Positions 20,132-30,977 are shown, counted from the stretch's first letter. The stretch is 64,000 nt of DNA from Caecitellus pseudoparvulus (GCA_965644315.1 CBFFRQ010000212.1:62001-126000); one strand, 5' to 3'. Program-made: numbers and translations. The notes: generated by a model from the letters alone, not told the origin.

Positions 20132-21853
20132 ATGGATATTCAACAACCAAAATTCGCAATTGATAAACTTATTAAAATGTATGAAGAAGAAGCAATAGAA
20201 GACTTAATAAAAAAAGCACGTAATAAGAATATAACAGATGATGATTTATTATTAAAATGTAAAGACTATATATCTAAAACCATTTTTAAATGTGAAGATG
20301 CCGAAAAATACATAGTTAATGATAAATTCATATCTGATAAAATTTTTAATAAAAAATTACAAGTGTTCCCTAAGCCTTTAAAGTATTGGTTCAAAAATTC
20401 ATATATTGGATTTAAAAAAGCAGTTGTTAAATTTCATCACGAAGAATTAAAAGAAAACGAATTTAACTTATTACCACCTCTCAAATTTAAACCTGAACCA
20501 TACGAACAAACATCAGACGATTTAAAAGAGAAAGTTGATTATTTATTAAAAAATTATTTCTTACGTGTCTTATCAAATGGAAACGAGGAGAATTATAATT
20601 ATTTAATTAAATGGATAGCTAATATGGTTCAAGGTAATAAAAATACGTCTATGATAGTTTTAAAAGGTCCTGAAGGTTGCGGTAAATCTACATTAATTAG
20701 ATTTATTGAAGATATGCTAGGGCTTAAGAATGTTATTAATTCATCATCTCAACCACTAATTGAAAAATTTAATATGGAACTAATGGCTAAAGTTTGCGTA
20801 TACTTTGAAGAACTCACAGGAGGAACAACAAGAGGACAAAAAGCAGCAGCAGCAGCAAGACTAAGAGATTATATCACGAATCCATATTTAAACTATGAAG
20901 AGAAAAATAAAAACCCATTAGAAAATATTAAGAATGTTTCAAATTTTATTTCTCTATCAAATGAATATTACGCAATTAAAGACGACCAAGGCAGACGATA
21001 TTTTATTTTAGATATTGACTCAAGCTTATTAGGCAATAATGAATACTGGGATAATATTCATAATAATTATGTTCATAATGAAAAAATTTCAAAAGCATTA
21101 TTTAATTTTTTTAGTAGTGTTGATATTTCAGATTTTCAACCACTTAAAATGCCTATAACTGATTCAAAAATTAAAGCTCATTTAAAATCTTTTGACCCTT
21201 ATATATCATTCATAAGAGAAAAATATTTATTTAAAAATAAAGGAATAGAAAAAATAAAATGTAGAGATTTATTTTTAAAATATGCCACCTATTATGAAAA
21301 GGTATATAAAGAAACTATAAACACTAAATCACGTAAAACATCAGTTTTTTTCTATGATAGGTTAGAACATTGGGGGATAAAAAAATATTCTAAAAAATTA
21401 GACGGTTGTAATATTTATAAAATTTCATTTGAGGAATTAAAGAAAATATCAGAAAATTATAAATGGAACTTTAAATCAGACTATGAAGACGAAGAAGACG
21501 AAGAAGACGAAGAAGAAGACGAAGAAGAAATAGATTTTCAAGAAGAAGAAACAGAAAATAACCACAAACCAGATTATAAATATCAAGCGTTAAAATATAA
21601 AAAAATGTATGTAGAACAAGCACAAGAACTAAAAAAATTAAAGGAAGAATTAAGAGCGTTAAAATTAAATATTATTAAAAAAGAAGAGGATAAATACGAG
21701 GATGACAGCGAAGATGAAGACAGCGACGATGAAGAAGAGATAATAACTTTATCAGATAAACACCAGAAATTAAATAAAAGTTTAAGTAGTATGACAGCGG
21801 ATAAAATGTCTAAGAATTCAGAACCACAAGATTTATTTAAAATTTCAATATAA
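20132..21853 (+). CDS. SF3-type helicase (DUF5906/NrS-1-like) with acidic C-terminal tail
   Basis: Walker A GPEGCGKST, EKFN, YFEE, SN, RRYF. ATG 20132 chosen because TCTA lies 12 nt upstream. Confidence 0.85.
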   Translation: MDIQQPKFAIDKLIKMYEEEAIEDLIKKARNKNITDDDLLLKCKDYISKTIFKCEDAEKYIVNDKFISDKIFNKKLQVFPKPLKYWFKNSYIGFKKAVVKFHHEELKENEFNLLPPLKFKPEPYEQTSDDLKEKVDYLLKNYFLRVLSNGNEENYNYLIKWIANMVQGNKNTSMIVLKGPEGCGKSTLIRFIEDMLGLKNVINSSSQPLIEKFNMELMAKVCVYFEELTGGTTRGQKAAAAARLRDYITNPYLNYEEKNKNPLENIKNVSNFISLSNEYYAIKDDQGRRYFILDIDSSLLGNNEYWDNIHNNYVHNEKISKALFNFFSSVDISDFQPLKMPITDSKIKAHLKSFDPYISFIREKYLFKNKGIEKIKCRDLFLKYATYYEKVYKETINTKSRKTSVFFYDRLEHWGIKKYSKKLDGCNIYKISFEELKKISENYKWNFKSDYEDEEDEEDEEEDEEEIDFQEEETENNHKPDYKYQALKYKKMYVEQAQELKKLKEELRALKLNIIKKEEDKYEDDSEDEDSDDEEEIITLSDKHQKLNKSLSSMTADKMSKNSEPQDLFKISI

Positions 21854-21895
21854 GATTTTTAATATTTAAGAAAAATAATTTTCTATATTCAATTA

Positions 21896-22144
21896 ATGAA
21901 TATTGAAAATTCTTTAAAACCAGAATCAGGAGAAAAGAAAATAACACCATCAAAAGAACCAGAAAAAGTCAAAGAATATAATAAGAAATATTACGAAAAA
22001 AACAAAGACCGAATTTTAAAACAAATGAACCGGGTTATAAGGTGTGATATTTGCGATAAAGACGTTAAATTTTATAATTACCCTAAACACTGCCGAGGAT
22101 TAAAGCATAAACACTTAAAGATAATGAAAGCTTTTGAAAATTAA
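21896..22144 (+). CDS. Small C2H2 zinc-finger protein
   Basis: YNKKYYEKNK followed by CDIC...HCRGLKH. Confidence 0.75.
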   Translation: MNIENSLKPESGEKKITPSKEPEKVKEYNKKYYEKNKDRILKQMNRVIRCDICDKDVKFYNYPKHCRGLKHKHLKIMKAFEN

Positions 22145-23089
22145 AAAAATATCTAAATAAAATATGTTTAAAGAAAAAATATTTTATCTAGTATATTATA
22201 TATAATGGATTTTATGAATTTTTTTCAAGGTTCTTTATTTTCTAATTTAGAAAATAACAACGTATTTTATGATAGATATAAAAATAAATATAATATTGTT
22301 TGTATAAAATATGATATGAAAGATATTAAAGAAGACCCACATAATGAGAAATGGAATTATGATTTCGTTTCTGGATTAAAAGATTTAGATTTAAGCTTCG
22401 TCAAAGAATACCCCGATAAAGACTGGTGTTATTTCTCATTATCAAAACTAATAAAAAATAAAAAAGATTTTGAATTCGTGAAAAAATGTCCGGATAAAGA
22501 CTGGTATTATTTCTCATTATCAAAATTTATAAAAAATAAAGAAGATTTTGAATTCGTCAAAGAATACCCGGATAAAAATTGGGATTTTAAATATTTTTCA
22601 AATTTGAATTTTATAAATAGTAATATCATAAATTCTATTCATTCTGAGAAATGGAACAAAAACGAATTATTATTTAATGATAATTTTGATATAAGCTGGG
22701 TTAATGAATGTCAAAATATAAAATGGAAATTTGGATTAATAACATTATCTAGAAATTTTAATATAGAATGGTTATATAAATATCCACGTAAAAAATGGGA
22801 TATATCATCAATTGAAAAAAAGGATTGTTTCTTTTATGATTTAATATCAATTTTTCCACATTTCAAATGGTCTTCTAAAATACTAAACGATTATAAACAA
22901 ATTCAACAACATAAAGAAGAACATAAAATAAATTATAAAGAGGTATTAAATGAATTCTTAGCGGTGATTTATCATCCAGATAATGCGGAACGTTTAGGAT
23001 TATTTGATAATGTTTCAAAAGATGATTTTGAAAATTAAAAAAATATCTAAATAAAATATGTTTAAAGAAAAAATATTTTATCTAGTATA
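22132..23089 (+). repeat. 64-bp perfect direct repeats (22132-22195 and 23026-23089) flanking the repeat-protein gene
   Basis: ttttgaaaattaaaaaaatatctaaataaaatatgtttaaagaaaaaatattttatctagtata occurs twice; partial copy at ~20085-20125. Confidence 0.9.
22205..23038 (+). CDS. YPDKDW-repeat protein (paralog A)
   Basis: Tandem FVKxxPDKDW repeats; C-terminal YHPDNAERLGLF tail shared with 41181 and 40618. Confidence 0.8.
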   Translation: MDFMNFFQGSLFSNLENNNVFYDRYKNKYNIVCIKYDMKDIKEDPHNEKWNYDFVSGLKDLDLSFVKEYPDKDWCYFSLSKLIKNKKDFEFVKKCPDKDWYYFSLSKFIKNKEDFEFVKEYPDKNWDFKYFSNLNFINSNIINSIHSEKWNKNELLFNDNFDISWVNECQNIKWKFGLITLSRNFNIEWLYKYPRKKWDISSIEKKDCFFYDLISIFPHFKWSSKILNDYKQIQQHKEEHKINYKEVLNEFLAVIYHPDNAERLGLFDNVSKDDFEN

Positions 23090-23098
23090 ATATATATA

Positions 23099-25054
23099 AT
23101 GGCTCAACAACAAAAACCCACATTCACACAAAGTGAAAATATAGCAGCTAAGACATTTAAAGCATTCAACCAGAAAACAAAGAAATATAAAGATGGAGAT
23201 TTAAAAATATCTTTATTTGGAGTTTCTGATAATGACGAAAGCGATTATTTAAATTTTGATGACACAATTGATAACCCTGAAGATTTAAAATATTATTCTC
23301 AGGCAGTAAGAGAGCAATTAAAGGGGACAACAATAAAAACCACTCAAAATTATTTAAATGTATTATCTAAACTAGCACAATATAAAAATTTAGATTATAA
23401 TATAAGCGTTTTATTTTCTATTGGATGGCGTAATATTTCCAATGGTTGGAAGAATCCAGGACAAAGAATCAAAATAAAAGATTTCTTTAATCAATACAAC
23501 GCACCAAATATTAAATATGTTTATGGTGTATGTATTACAACAAAACCACATATAGAAGCAGAAGAAGCAGAAGCAGGGGCGAACAGTGAATATAACGATT
23601 GTTTATATTTATCTATCAGGCGAGTAATAGGGCAAGACAGGATGAAACCTTTTACAACTGCGGGACGTTTAAAGAATTTTTTAAATTTAGATAGAAAAGA
23701 TAAAGTGCCATTAAAGGACATTTCAAAAATAGAAGATAAATTAAATATTAATATTAATATTTATGGTTTTGAGAATCCTATTTTATCAACCAAATCAAAC
23801 TCACAAACAGTTAATTTACAATACAAAGACGGACATTTAAAAAATAAATATAATAAAAGAAAAGGATTATCAGGAATCAAAAAACATAAATCAGATTTAA
23901 AAATTATCATATATCAGGAAAATTTAGATTTCATTATTTATTATGATGGAATCACAGAAGAAAAGACCGATAAGATAACCTTTTATAAAGACATCTATAA
24001 AAAACATTTTCATTTTTACCAATCCAACACAAAGAATGATATTAAATCAGAGTATGAAAAATATAAGAATGATATTAACGAAATTAAAAAAGATGTTGAT
24101 ATATTAAAATTCAAATCAATCTCAGATTTTATTAAAAATGAATGTTATTATATTTCTCAAAAATTAAACATTGAACCTTTAGAAAATCCATTAGAAATCC
24201 ATTTTTTAAATAAATGTTTCAGTGGTGGTTTAATCCATTGTAAGAAAGGAAAATATAAAAATGTTAAATGTTATGATATTAACAGCCAATATCCCTATAT
24301 TTTACAACATCAACATTTTTTAATGCCAACTAAAACAGGCAAATTTGAGAAATTAACAGAAACTCCAAAGTTTTATAGATTTGGAATTTATAGAGCAAGA
24401 ATAACAGGAAAAATAGACGATGCCTTATTTAATGTGAAACAATCTAATTTTTACACTAGCTATGAATTAACCAGAGCAAAAGAACTAAATTATAATATTG
24501 AATTAATCCAAGATGGAAGATATAATTTTTTATTCTATGATTCTAAAAGCCGTGTTAATGGTTCAATGGTGTTTAAAGATTATATTAAAAAGATGATAAC
24601 ATTAAAACAAACCTTTAAAAATAATCAAATCCCTAAGATGTTATTAAATCGTTTATGGGGTTTGTTATGTTCTAAGAATTTTAAAATAACATCATTAAAA
24701 ACATATAATCAAAGTATAAACAATATTAATTTTATCCATCCTTCTAATGATAATAAAGAATATGTAGTAAATTACAGCCCAGATAATCCATTTAATACCG
24801 ATTTAAGCCGCTTAAGTTGCTTTCTCACAGCTAAAGGGCGTGTTTTAATATCTTCAATAATTGAAAAATACGTAAAAGACACAAGTAAAATATATAGAAT
24901 TCACACAGACGGATTTATAACCGATAAAAACATTATCATTAATAAAATTAAAGGATTAGGAAAAGATGAATTAAGTAATAATGAACTAGGAGGATTAAAA
25001 ATAGAATATGAAAAAGATAAAATCAAAATAGTTAATGTTAATAAAATAATCTAA
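23099..25054 (+). CDS. Protein-primed family B DNA polymerase (pPolB), compact
   Basis: SGG, motif A YDINSQYP, motif B KMLLNRLWG, motif C IHTDGF. Confidence 0.88.
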   Translation: MAQQQKPTFTQSENIAAKTFKAFNQKTKKYKDGDLKISLFGVSDNDESDYLNFDDTIDNPEDLKYYSQAVREQLKGTTIKTTQNYLNVLSKLAQYKNLDYNISVLFSIGWRNISNGWKNPGQRIKIKDFFNQYNAPNIKYVYGVCITTKPHIEAEEAEAGANSEYNDCLYLSIRRVIGQDRMKPFTTAGRLKNFLNLDRKDKVPLKDISKIEDKLNININIYGFENPILSTKSNSQTVNLQYKDGHLKNKYNKRKGLSGIKKHKSDLKIIIYQENLDFIIYYDGITEEKTDKITFYKDIYKKHFHFYQSNTKNDIKSEYEKYKNDINEIKKDVDILKFKSISDFIKNECYYISQKLNIEPLENPLEIHFLNKCFSGGLIHCKKGKYKNVKCYDINSQYPYILQHQHFLMPTKTGKFEKLTETPKFYRFGIYRARITGKIDDALFNVKQSNFYTSYELTRAKELNYNIELIQDGRYNFLFYDSKSRVNGSMVFKDYIKKMITLKQTFKNNQIPKMLLNRLWGLLCSKNFKITSLKTYNQSINNINFIHPSNDNKEYVVNYSPDNPFNTDLSRLSCFLTAKGRVLISSIIEKYVKDTSKIYRIHTDGFITDKNIIINKIKGLGKDELSNNELGGLKIEYEKDKIKIVNVNKII

Positions 25055-25090
25055 AAATACTATAAAGAATCTAACAAAAGATTTTTTATA

Positions 25091-27097
25091 ATGTTATTTA
25101 ATATGAACTTGAATAAATTGAAAAAACAGGATTTAAAAGAGTTTTTTAAATATCAATATGGAAAATATCCACCCTCAAATTTTAAAAAGAAAGATATTAT
25201 AACAGTTTTAAGCCACGACATACAAACAGGAGCAGGAATAAAAGATTTTTTCAGAAGCAAAGCAAATTCAACATTTTCATTTTTAAAGAAAGGTTATAAC
25301 AAGGTAAAAGACACATTTAAACCAGTTCAAAAAATAGAAGATACAATAACAAAGCCTTTTGATTATAGAACACGTTTAACAAATGAAAGCAGACGAACAT
25401 TAGAAGAAGTAGGAGATAAAGTAATTAATAATATAACAATTATAAAAACACCAGTAAATAAAACGTTAGTCAGTATTTTAGATAAATTATCATTTGGATA
25501 TTTTAAACGATTAATGGAAAATCACGGATTTGATAAATTTTTTCATTTAGCCTTAGTTTTATCAATAGATGGGCGATATGTTATTTTAGAGAAACTAGCC
25601 GAGGTTAATATATCATTCAATTATAAAAAGTCATATACAGAATTAAGCGAGGCAACAACAGTTGAAAACTATAAAGGAGGTTTAACATTAAATCAAATGG
25701 TGAATAAAACCCGAGAATTTATGGGCGATAAATTATTTTTTGACTATGACGCCTTCACTAATAATTGTCAAAATTTTATTATGTCAGTATTAACGGCAAA
25801 CGGGCTTGACAACCAAAGAAATAAAGAATTTGTTTTTCAGGATATTAAAGAGATTTATAATGAATTAGAAAAGAAAGCGTCTTATTTATCACCTTTCGCT
25901 AAAATGACAACACGTTTAGGGGCTTGGTGGAATAAACTAACAGGAGCCGGAAAAAATCAAGCTGATATATTAACAAAGAAAAAACCTATAAACTATGGAA
26001 TAGAAACAAACGAAATTATTAAAATGTTATCATTCAATTATAAAAATGTTGAAGTTATGGGCTCATCAGCTATTAAGGCTACTTTATATCCTTCTGATTT
26101 TGATTTATACGAGGTTATAAAGGTTAAAAACTTAAAAGATTTAGAAAATAAATTTCAAGATAAAGTATTAAAAATAGTTCAATCTAAAAATATATATTTA
26201 GGCGATGTTAAAATAGGAGAGTTTCCAGAATTTAAAATTTTAAACAATGATATATATTATAAAAACGGGCGATTAATAGGATATAACCAAAAACAAATTA
26301 AGAAAGATATAAAAGATAAATTATATTTTTTAACAAAACAAGAAAAACAAGAATTATTAAAACTCATTAAAGCAAAACCAACACCCGACGAATTAGATAT
26401 TATAAAAAATAAATTAAGATATCATATTTTAAGATGGACTCCAGAAGAAATATTGAACGGTTCTAAAGAATTATCAAAAAATAAATATATTAGTTTATTA
26501 GATGCTTTTAAAAGTGATGGATTATTTAAATTAGACGTTGTAGGATTTACCAGAAATAAATTTATTGACTTTTCTATAATCTATGAATTACGAGACGAGA
26601 AAACAAATAAAAGAATAAATAATTTTATGGTTAATGTGAAAGATAATTTAAACGACCAAATAAGAACATATAAAATAAAGGGTCAATATTTCAAAGCTCT
26701 AAAGCGTGAATACTCAAAATTAAAACATACTTTCACATATACAAAAAATAAAGAAACCAAAGAAAAAGCATTAAGAAGATTAAAAGAACTAACGGCATTT
26801 TTTAACGGTCAAGCAGGTATTATATATAGTGTTATTAATGATATTGAGGCGTTATTAAATGTTATGAAAATATCTAAAACTGAATATTCAAATAATGAAA
26901 AAATAATAAATGTTATAGAAAGTTTTATATATAGATTATCTAATATTTATTCTGTTAATGAATATTTAAGAAATGAAAAGAATATTTTATTAAGCATAAA
27001 AGCAATATTGAGACATCCTGATAATATGGAGGAAAACTTACAAGATTTACAAAATATATTATTTAAGATATTAAATAAATTTTCTAAATCTATATAA
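25091..27097 (+). CDS. Fusion: permuted papain-like peptidase (H...NC) + Pol-beta-type nucleotidyltransferase-like domain
   Basis: FFHLAL...YDAFTNNCQNF, then VMGS-x10-DFD and FKLDV. Confidence 0.6.
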   Translation: MLFNMNLNKLKKQDLKEFFKYQYGKYPPSNFKKKDIITVLSHDIQTGAGIKDFFRSKANSTFSFLKKGYNKVKDTFKPVQKIEDTITKPFDYRTRLTNESRRTLEEVGDKVINNITIIKTPVNKTLVSILDKLSFGYFKRLMENHGFDKFFHLALVLSIDGRYVILEKLAEVNISFNYKKSYTELSEATTVENYKGGLTLNQMVNKTREFMGDKLFFDYDAFTNNCQNFIMSVLTANGLDNQRNKEFVFQDIKEIYNELEKKASYLSPFAKMTTRLGAWWNKLTGAGKNQADILTKKKPINYGIETNEIIKMLSFNYKNVEVMGSSAIKATLYPSDFDLYEVIKVKNLKDLENKFQDKVLKIVQSKNIYLGDVKIGEFPEFKILNNDIYYKNGRLIGYNQKQIKKDIKDKLYFLTKQEKQELLKLIKAKPTPDELDIIKNKLRYHILRWTPEEILNGSKELSKNKYISLLDAFKSDGLFKLDVVGFTRNKFIDFSIIYELRDEKTNKRINNFMVNVKDNLNDQIRTYKIKGQYFKALKREYSKLKHTFTYTKNKETKEKALRRLKELTAFFNGQAGIIYSVINDIEALLNVMKISKTEYSNNEKIINVIESFIYRLSNIYSVNEYLRNEKNILLSIKAILRHPDNMEENLQDLQNILFKILNKFSKSI

Positions 27098-27696
27098 TGT
27101 CAATGAATAATAACGAAGTCAGAGAATTATTATTAAAACTCGAACAAAATAGAACGTTAGAAAATCAAAGCGGGGCGGGATGTTGTGAAGAAAGAACGGT
27201 AGGAGGTCAAGTTTACTACGGTGATTTAAAAAACAAAGAAAAAACATTCGATAATATTAATTATAAACGTTTAGACGGTTTATTAGGAAGCAATAGAAGC
27301 CTTGAAAAACCACCTAAACGAGGAGGTAGAGTTCAAGGCGATTTTTTAAATGGTGGAGCTACCAAACTAGGGGAAGAATACGCCCGGGAATTACAAAAAC
27401 ATTTTAAGCATTTAGAAGGCGGGGAAAGCTTCTGGGATGGTTTCAAAAGAGGTTTTAACGCAGTATGGAAACCCGCAGGAAAAGTTATTAAAACAATTTC
27501 ACCCGTGCTGCCATATGGTGATAAAATTAAAGCAGGTTTAGAAGCGGTAGGATATGGAAAAGCAAAAAAGAAAAAGCGTCAACCATCAGCAAAACAAAAA
27601 GCACGAGGACAATTAATAAAAGAATTAATGAAAAAATACGGCTTTACATTAGGTCAAGCCTCAAAATATATCAAAGAAAATAAATTAATGGATTAA
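27097..27696 (+). CDS. Putative virion core protein with GG motifs and amphipathic helix
   Basis: Multiple xGG/GxG motifs; LEGG-ESFWDGFKRGF; basic C-terminus. Confidence 0.6.
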   Translation: MSMNNNEVRELLLKLEQNRTLENQSGAGCCEERTVGGQVYYGDLKNKEKTFDNINYKRLDGLLGSNRSLEKPPKRGGRVQGDFLNGGATKLGEEYARELQKHFKHLEGGESFWDGFKRGFNAVWKPAGKVIKTISPVLPYGDKIKAGLEAVGYGKAKKKKRQPSAKQKARGQLIKELMKKYGFTLGQASKYIKENKLMD

Positions 27697-27755
27697 ATAT
27701 TTATTATAAATATCTAAATAATATAATATTAAAAAATATTATATAATTTATTATA

Positions 27756-29432
27756 ATGACAGAAAATAAATTTAATATGTTTCATAACGAACAGGCGGAA
27801 CGTATGCGACGCCAAGTTATGGAAGGGTTAAAAAATACTCAAAACTATATTAATTATTCATTAAGGGGGCAATATCAAAACCAACCCAAGCCAAATCCAA
27901 CAGGTAGTTTTAATCGTATGTCTTCTCATTCTTTTAATACTTCTAATTTATCACAAATGAAACAAATTGAAGATTTAACTGGAGGGGCACAAACAAGAGA
28001 AGGGCATAATTTAATAATGAATCAATTAAAAAATAGGGCTTTACAATTAGAGCAATTAAGTGCAGGATTACCAGCACAACAAAGACAACAACAAACAGCA
28101 CAAGAAATACCCGATACCGTTTCAACCTCTTTTGAGTTATTCTTTAGTTCTTTAACAAGTGCTGATTTTTCTTTATCTTTCATCTCATCAATGAATAAAG
28201 ACGCAAAACAGGCATTAGGCAATTTAAAAGCCTACGGTTTAGATTTAGATAAACAAACATTGGAAAGATACGCACAAATTACAGAAGCACATTTAGATAA
28301 TTATTTAACCAATATAGATGAATTGTATTTAGGGCGTGATATTTTCGGACCAAATCTAACAACTAAAACAGAAAAGAAAAAAGCTGGGGATTTATACTTG
28401 GAATATTTAGAGCGTTTAGATTATTACGAGGTTATATTTAAAATTTATTTAACTTTACAAGCCCTTATTAATAGTTTTGGAACTTCACCAGATACCAGAA
28501 AACAGGCATTTAATGGAGAATTTAAAAATATTATTATGGCTCCGTTAGATAGTATCATAACTCCAGAAATACAAACCATAAACGAAGAAGCAAAAAAAGG
28601 CATAAAAACATTAAAAGACATTCTACCAAAAAACGCATATCAGGAAATAGAGGAATATTTCGAAAGTGAATCAGCAGCAGCACAAGCAGACGGCACAGAT
28701 TATTATAAATTAAGAAATTCTAAACCACGTTTAGTAGAAAGAATTAAGAAACTAGAGCAGAGAGCAAAGAAAGCAACAAAACAAACAGCGAATAAAATCA
28801 AAAAACAAATTGTAGAACTTCAAGAAGCAGTAGAAGAAGCATCAGACGAAGAGGACTCAGAAGACGATTTACCAGAAGCACCACAACCACCCAGAACGAA
28901 ACGAGCACAAACACCAGCAAAAGCAAGGGCACAAAAAGAACCAGCAGTTCCAGCAACACCTGCCCCAGTCGTTCCAGCTTCTCCTGTTTCTCCACTTGAT
29001 GCGACAATCCGGCGACTATATGACGATTTACAAAGAAAAGAAAAACGATTATTAGACCATATAGAAAAATACGGGAACGATGATGAAGCTATTGAAAACA
29101 AAAGAGCCAGAAACCATAGAAAAGATTTAAGAAAGCAATACAACAAAGCAAAAAGAGACTTTGAAGCACAAGAAGAAGCACGGGAAAAAGCACGAGAAAC
29201 ACCAACCAAGCCACCAACCGAAGGTGTTAATAAGCCAAGTGGAGCTGCCGTAGATGATGAAACAGACGGAACAGGAGATGACGACGAAGGAACACTAGGA
29301 GATTTAGACCCATCATTATTTGGAGAAGGAATGAATCCCGCAAAATTCACAACTAATTTTTTAAAAGGTTCCGGACCAATGTTTAAACAAATAGAACAAG
29401 TCTTTAAAGGTAAAAGGCGTTTATGGAAATAA
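27756..29432 (+). CDS. Hypothetical coiled-coil/low-complexity protein
   Basis: 558-aa ORF with charged helical and Pro-rich segments. Confidence 0.7.
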   Translation: MTENKFNMFHNEQAERMRRQVMEGLKNTQNYINYSLRGQYQNQPKPNPTGSFNRMSSHSFNTSNLSQMKQIEDLTGGAQTREGHNLIMNQLKNRALQLEQLSAGLPAQQRQQQTAQEIPDTVSTSFELFFSSLTSADFSLSFISSMNKDAKQALGNLKAYGLDLDKQTLERYAQITEAHLDNYLTNIDELYLGRDIFGPNLTTKTEKKKAGDLYLEYLERLDYYEVIFKIYLTLQALINSFGTSPDTRKQAFNGEFKNIIMAPLDSIITPEIQTINEEAKKGIKTLKDILPKNAYQEIEEYFESESAAAQADGTDYYKLRNSKPRLVERIKKLEQRAKKATKQTANKIKKQIVELQEAVEEASDEEDSEDDLPEAPQPPRTKRAQTPAKARAQKEPAVPATPAPVVPASPVSPLDATIRRLYDDLQRKEKRLLDHIEKYGNDDEAIENKRARNHRKDLRKQYNKAKRDFEAQEEAREKARETPTKPPTEGVNKPSGAAVDDETDGTGDDDEGTLGDLDPSLFGEGMNPAKFTTNFLKGSGPMFKQIEQVFKGKRRLWK

Positions 29433-29522
29433 AAGATTTACAAAAACATTAAAAAACTTATAATAAAATATCTAGAAATTACAATATGATATATAGTTTT
29501 TTTAAGTTTTTGTAAATCTTTT
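29431..29522. terminator. Intergenic hairpin (17-bp arms)
   Basis: aaaagatttacaaaaac / gtttttgtaaatctttt starting at the stop codon of the 27756 ORF. Confidence 0.55.
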
Positions 29523-29538
29523 TTTCTAAATCTTAATA

Positions 29539-30321
29539 ATGCCTAGTTTTGAATTACTTGATTATAAAAACTCTAAATTAAAAAAAGATTATACACCGGT
29601 CGCCATTGTTAAAGGTGATGAAAACCACAAAGACTTTAATAAATTCTTATGTTTAACCGATAAAAACACGGGTCATAAAAGCATAAAACTACCTGACGAT
29701 TTAATTTTTAATATTCTCCCATCAACAAAAAGGGGAAAACGTGATATTTTTTATATTGCTGGTGCTTCTGGTTCTGGTAAATCATATCAAGCAAAAATTA
29801 TTTGTAATAATTACCATAGATTAAATCCGGATTTGCCTATATTTTTAATATCTAAACTAGAAGAAGACGAAACATTGGACGAATTGGATTATATCCACCG
29901 TGTAGATATTGAAGATTTTATAGAAGAATTTAATATCAATAATGAAGATTTAGCGGGATTCTATATTTTTGATGATTTTGAAACATTAGAAAAACCTATT
30001 TTAGATAAAGTCATTAAAATTATTGATGATATATGTATTATGGGGCGTCATAAAAATATAACTCTTGGTTATATCAGCCATAACCTGACAAACTACAAAA
30101 AAACGAGATTAATTCTCTCAGAAAGTAGCCATATTGTGGTATTTCCTCAAAGTTCCGCACCACATCCATTAGGCTATTTATTAAAGAATTATGGAGGAGC
30201 AGATAAAAGCGAAATAAAAAAACTTAGAAAGCTTGGGCGTTGGTGTGCGGTCTTTACAAACTATCCGAATTATATATTATCTTCAAATTATGCTTATCTT
30301 TTACATCAGGACGAAGATTAA
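29539..30321 (+). CDS. Virophage packaging ATPase (FtsK/HerA)
   Basis: GASGSGKS, IFDD, MGRH, ISH, ES..IVVFP. Confidence 0.93.
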   Translation: MPSFELLDYKNSKLKKDYTPVAIVKGDENHKDFNKFLCLTDKNTGHKSIKLPDDLIFNILPSTKRGKRDIFYIAGASGSGKSYQAKIICNNYHRLNPDLPIFLISKLEEDETLDELDYIHRVDIEDFIEEFNINNEDLAGFYIFDDFETLEKPILDKVIKIIDDICIMGRHKNITLGYISHNLTNYKKTRLILSESSHIVVFPQSSAPHPLGYLLKNYGGADKSEIKKLRKLGRWCAVFTNYPNYILSSNYAYLLHQDED

Positions 30322-30360
30322 AAAATAATATATGATATTATTATTATATAATATATTATA

Positions 30361-30942
30361 ATGAAAAAATCTAAAAATGACCCAGAACATAACGAAGAAT
30401 TAAGAGAACATCTTAAACGTTATTATTTATCAAATAGTGATTTAGAATATTTATTTAATGATGATACAAATATTATAAGTTATGATAAATTATATAATTA
30501 TAGACATATTGACGAGATTTTCGATAAAAAAGGGCGTTGTATTTTATTATATCTAACGTCTGACCCTAATGTCGGGCATTGGGTAGGATTAATTAAAAAA
30601 GGAAATGTAATAGAGCATTTTGACCCTTACGGACACGCACCAGATACAGCAACTGAAAATTTAAACGCAGACGAAGAAGTAGAAAAACAAACAGGACAAG
30701 ACGAACCCAGATTATTAAGAATGATAGACCAGGCGGGATACGGTCTAGAATATAATACATACCCATTTCAAAAAAAAGGAGAAGGCATAGGGACTTGTGG
30801 CAGACATACAGCTGCAAGATTACTTTTATATAAATTATCTTTAGAAGATTATAAAAAATTAATGAAATCATTAAAAGATAAGAATTTAAAAGACTTTGAC
30901 GACGTAGTCACCAAATTTACTCACGATTTATTAAAAAAATAA
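30361..30942 (+). CDS. Maturation cysteine protease (adenain/Ulp1-like)
   Basis: GHWV, FDPYG, Q...TCGRH catalytic motifs. Confidence 0.93.
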   Translation: MKKSKNDPEHNEELREHLKRYYLSNSDLEYLFNDDTNIISYDKLYNYRHIDEIFDKKGRCILLYLTSDPNVGHWVGLIKKGNVIEHFDPYGHAPDTATENLNADEEVEKQTGQDEPRLLRMIDQAGYGLEYNTYPFQKKGEGIGTCGRHTAARLLLYKLSLEDYKKLMKSLKDKNLKDFDDVVTKFTHDLLKK

Positions 30943-30977
30943 CTTTATTAAAATATTTTATCTAATATATATTAATA

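Noticed and set aside
21485-21550. GAAGAC tandem repeat
   Set aside because: It simply encodes the acidic tract of the helicase.
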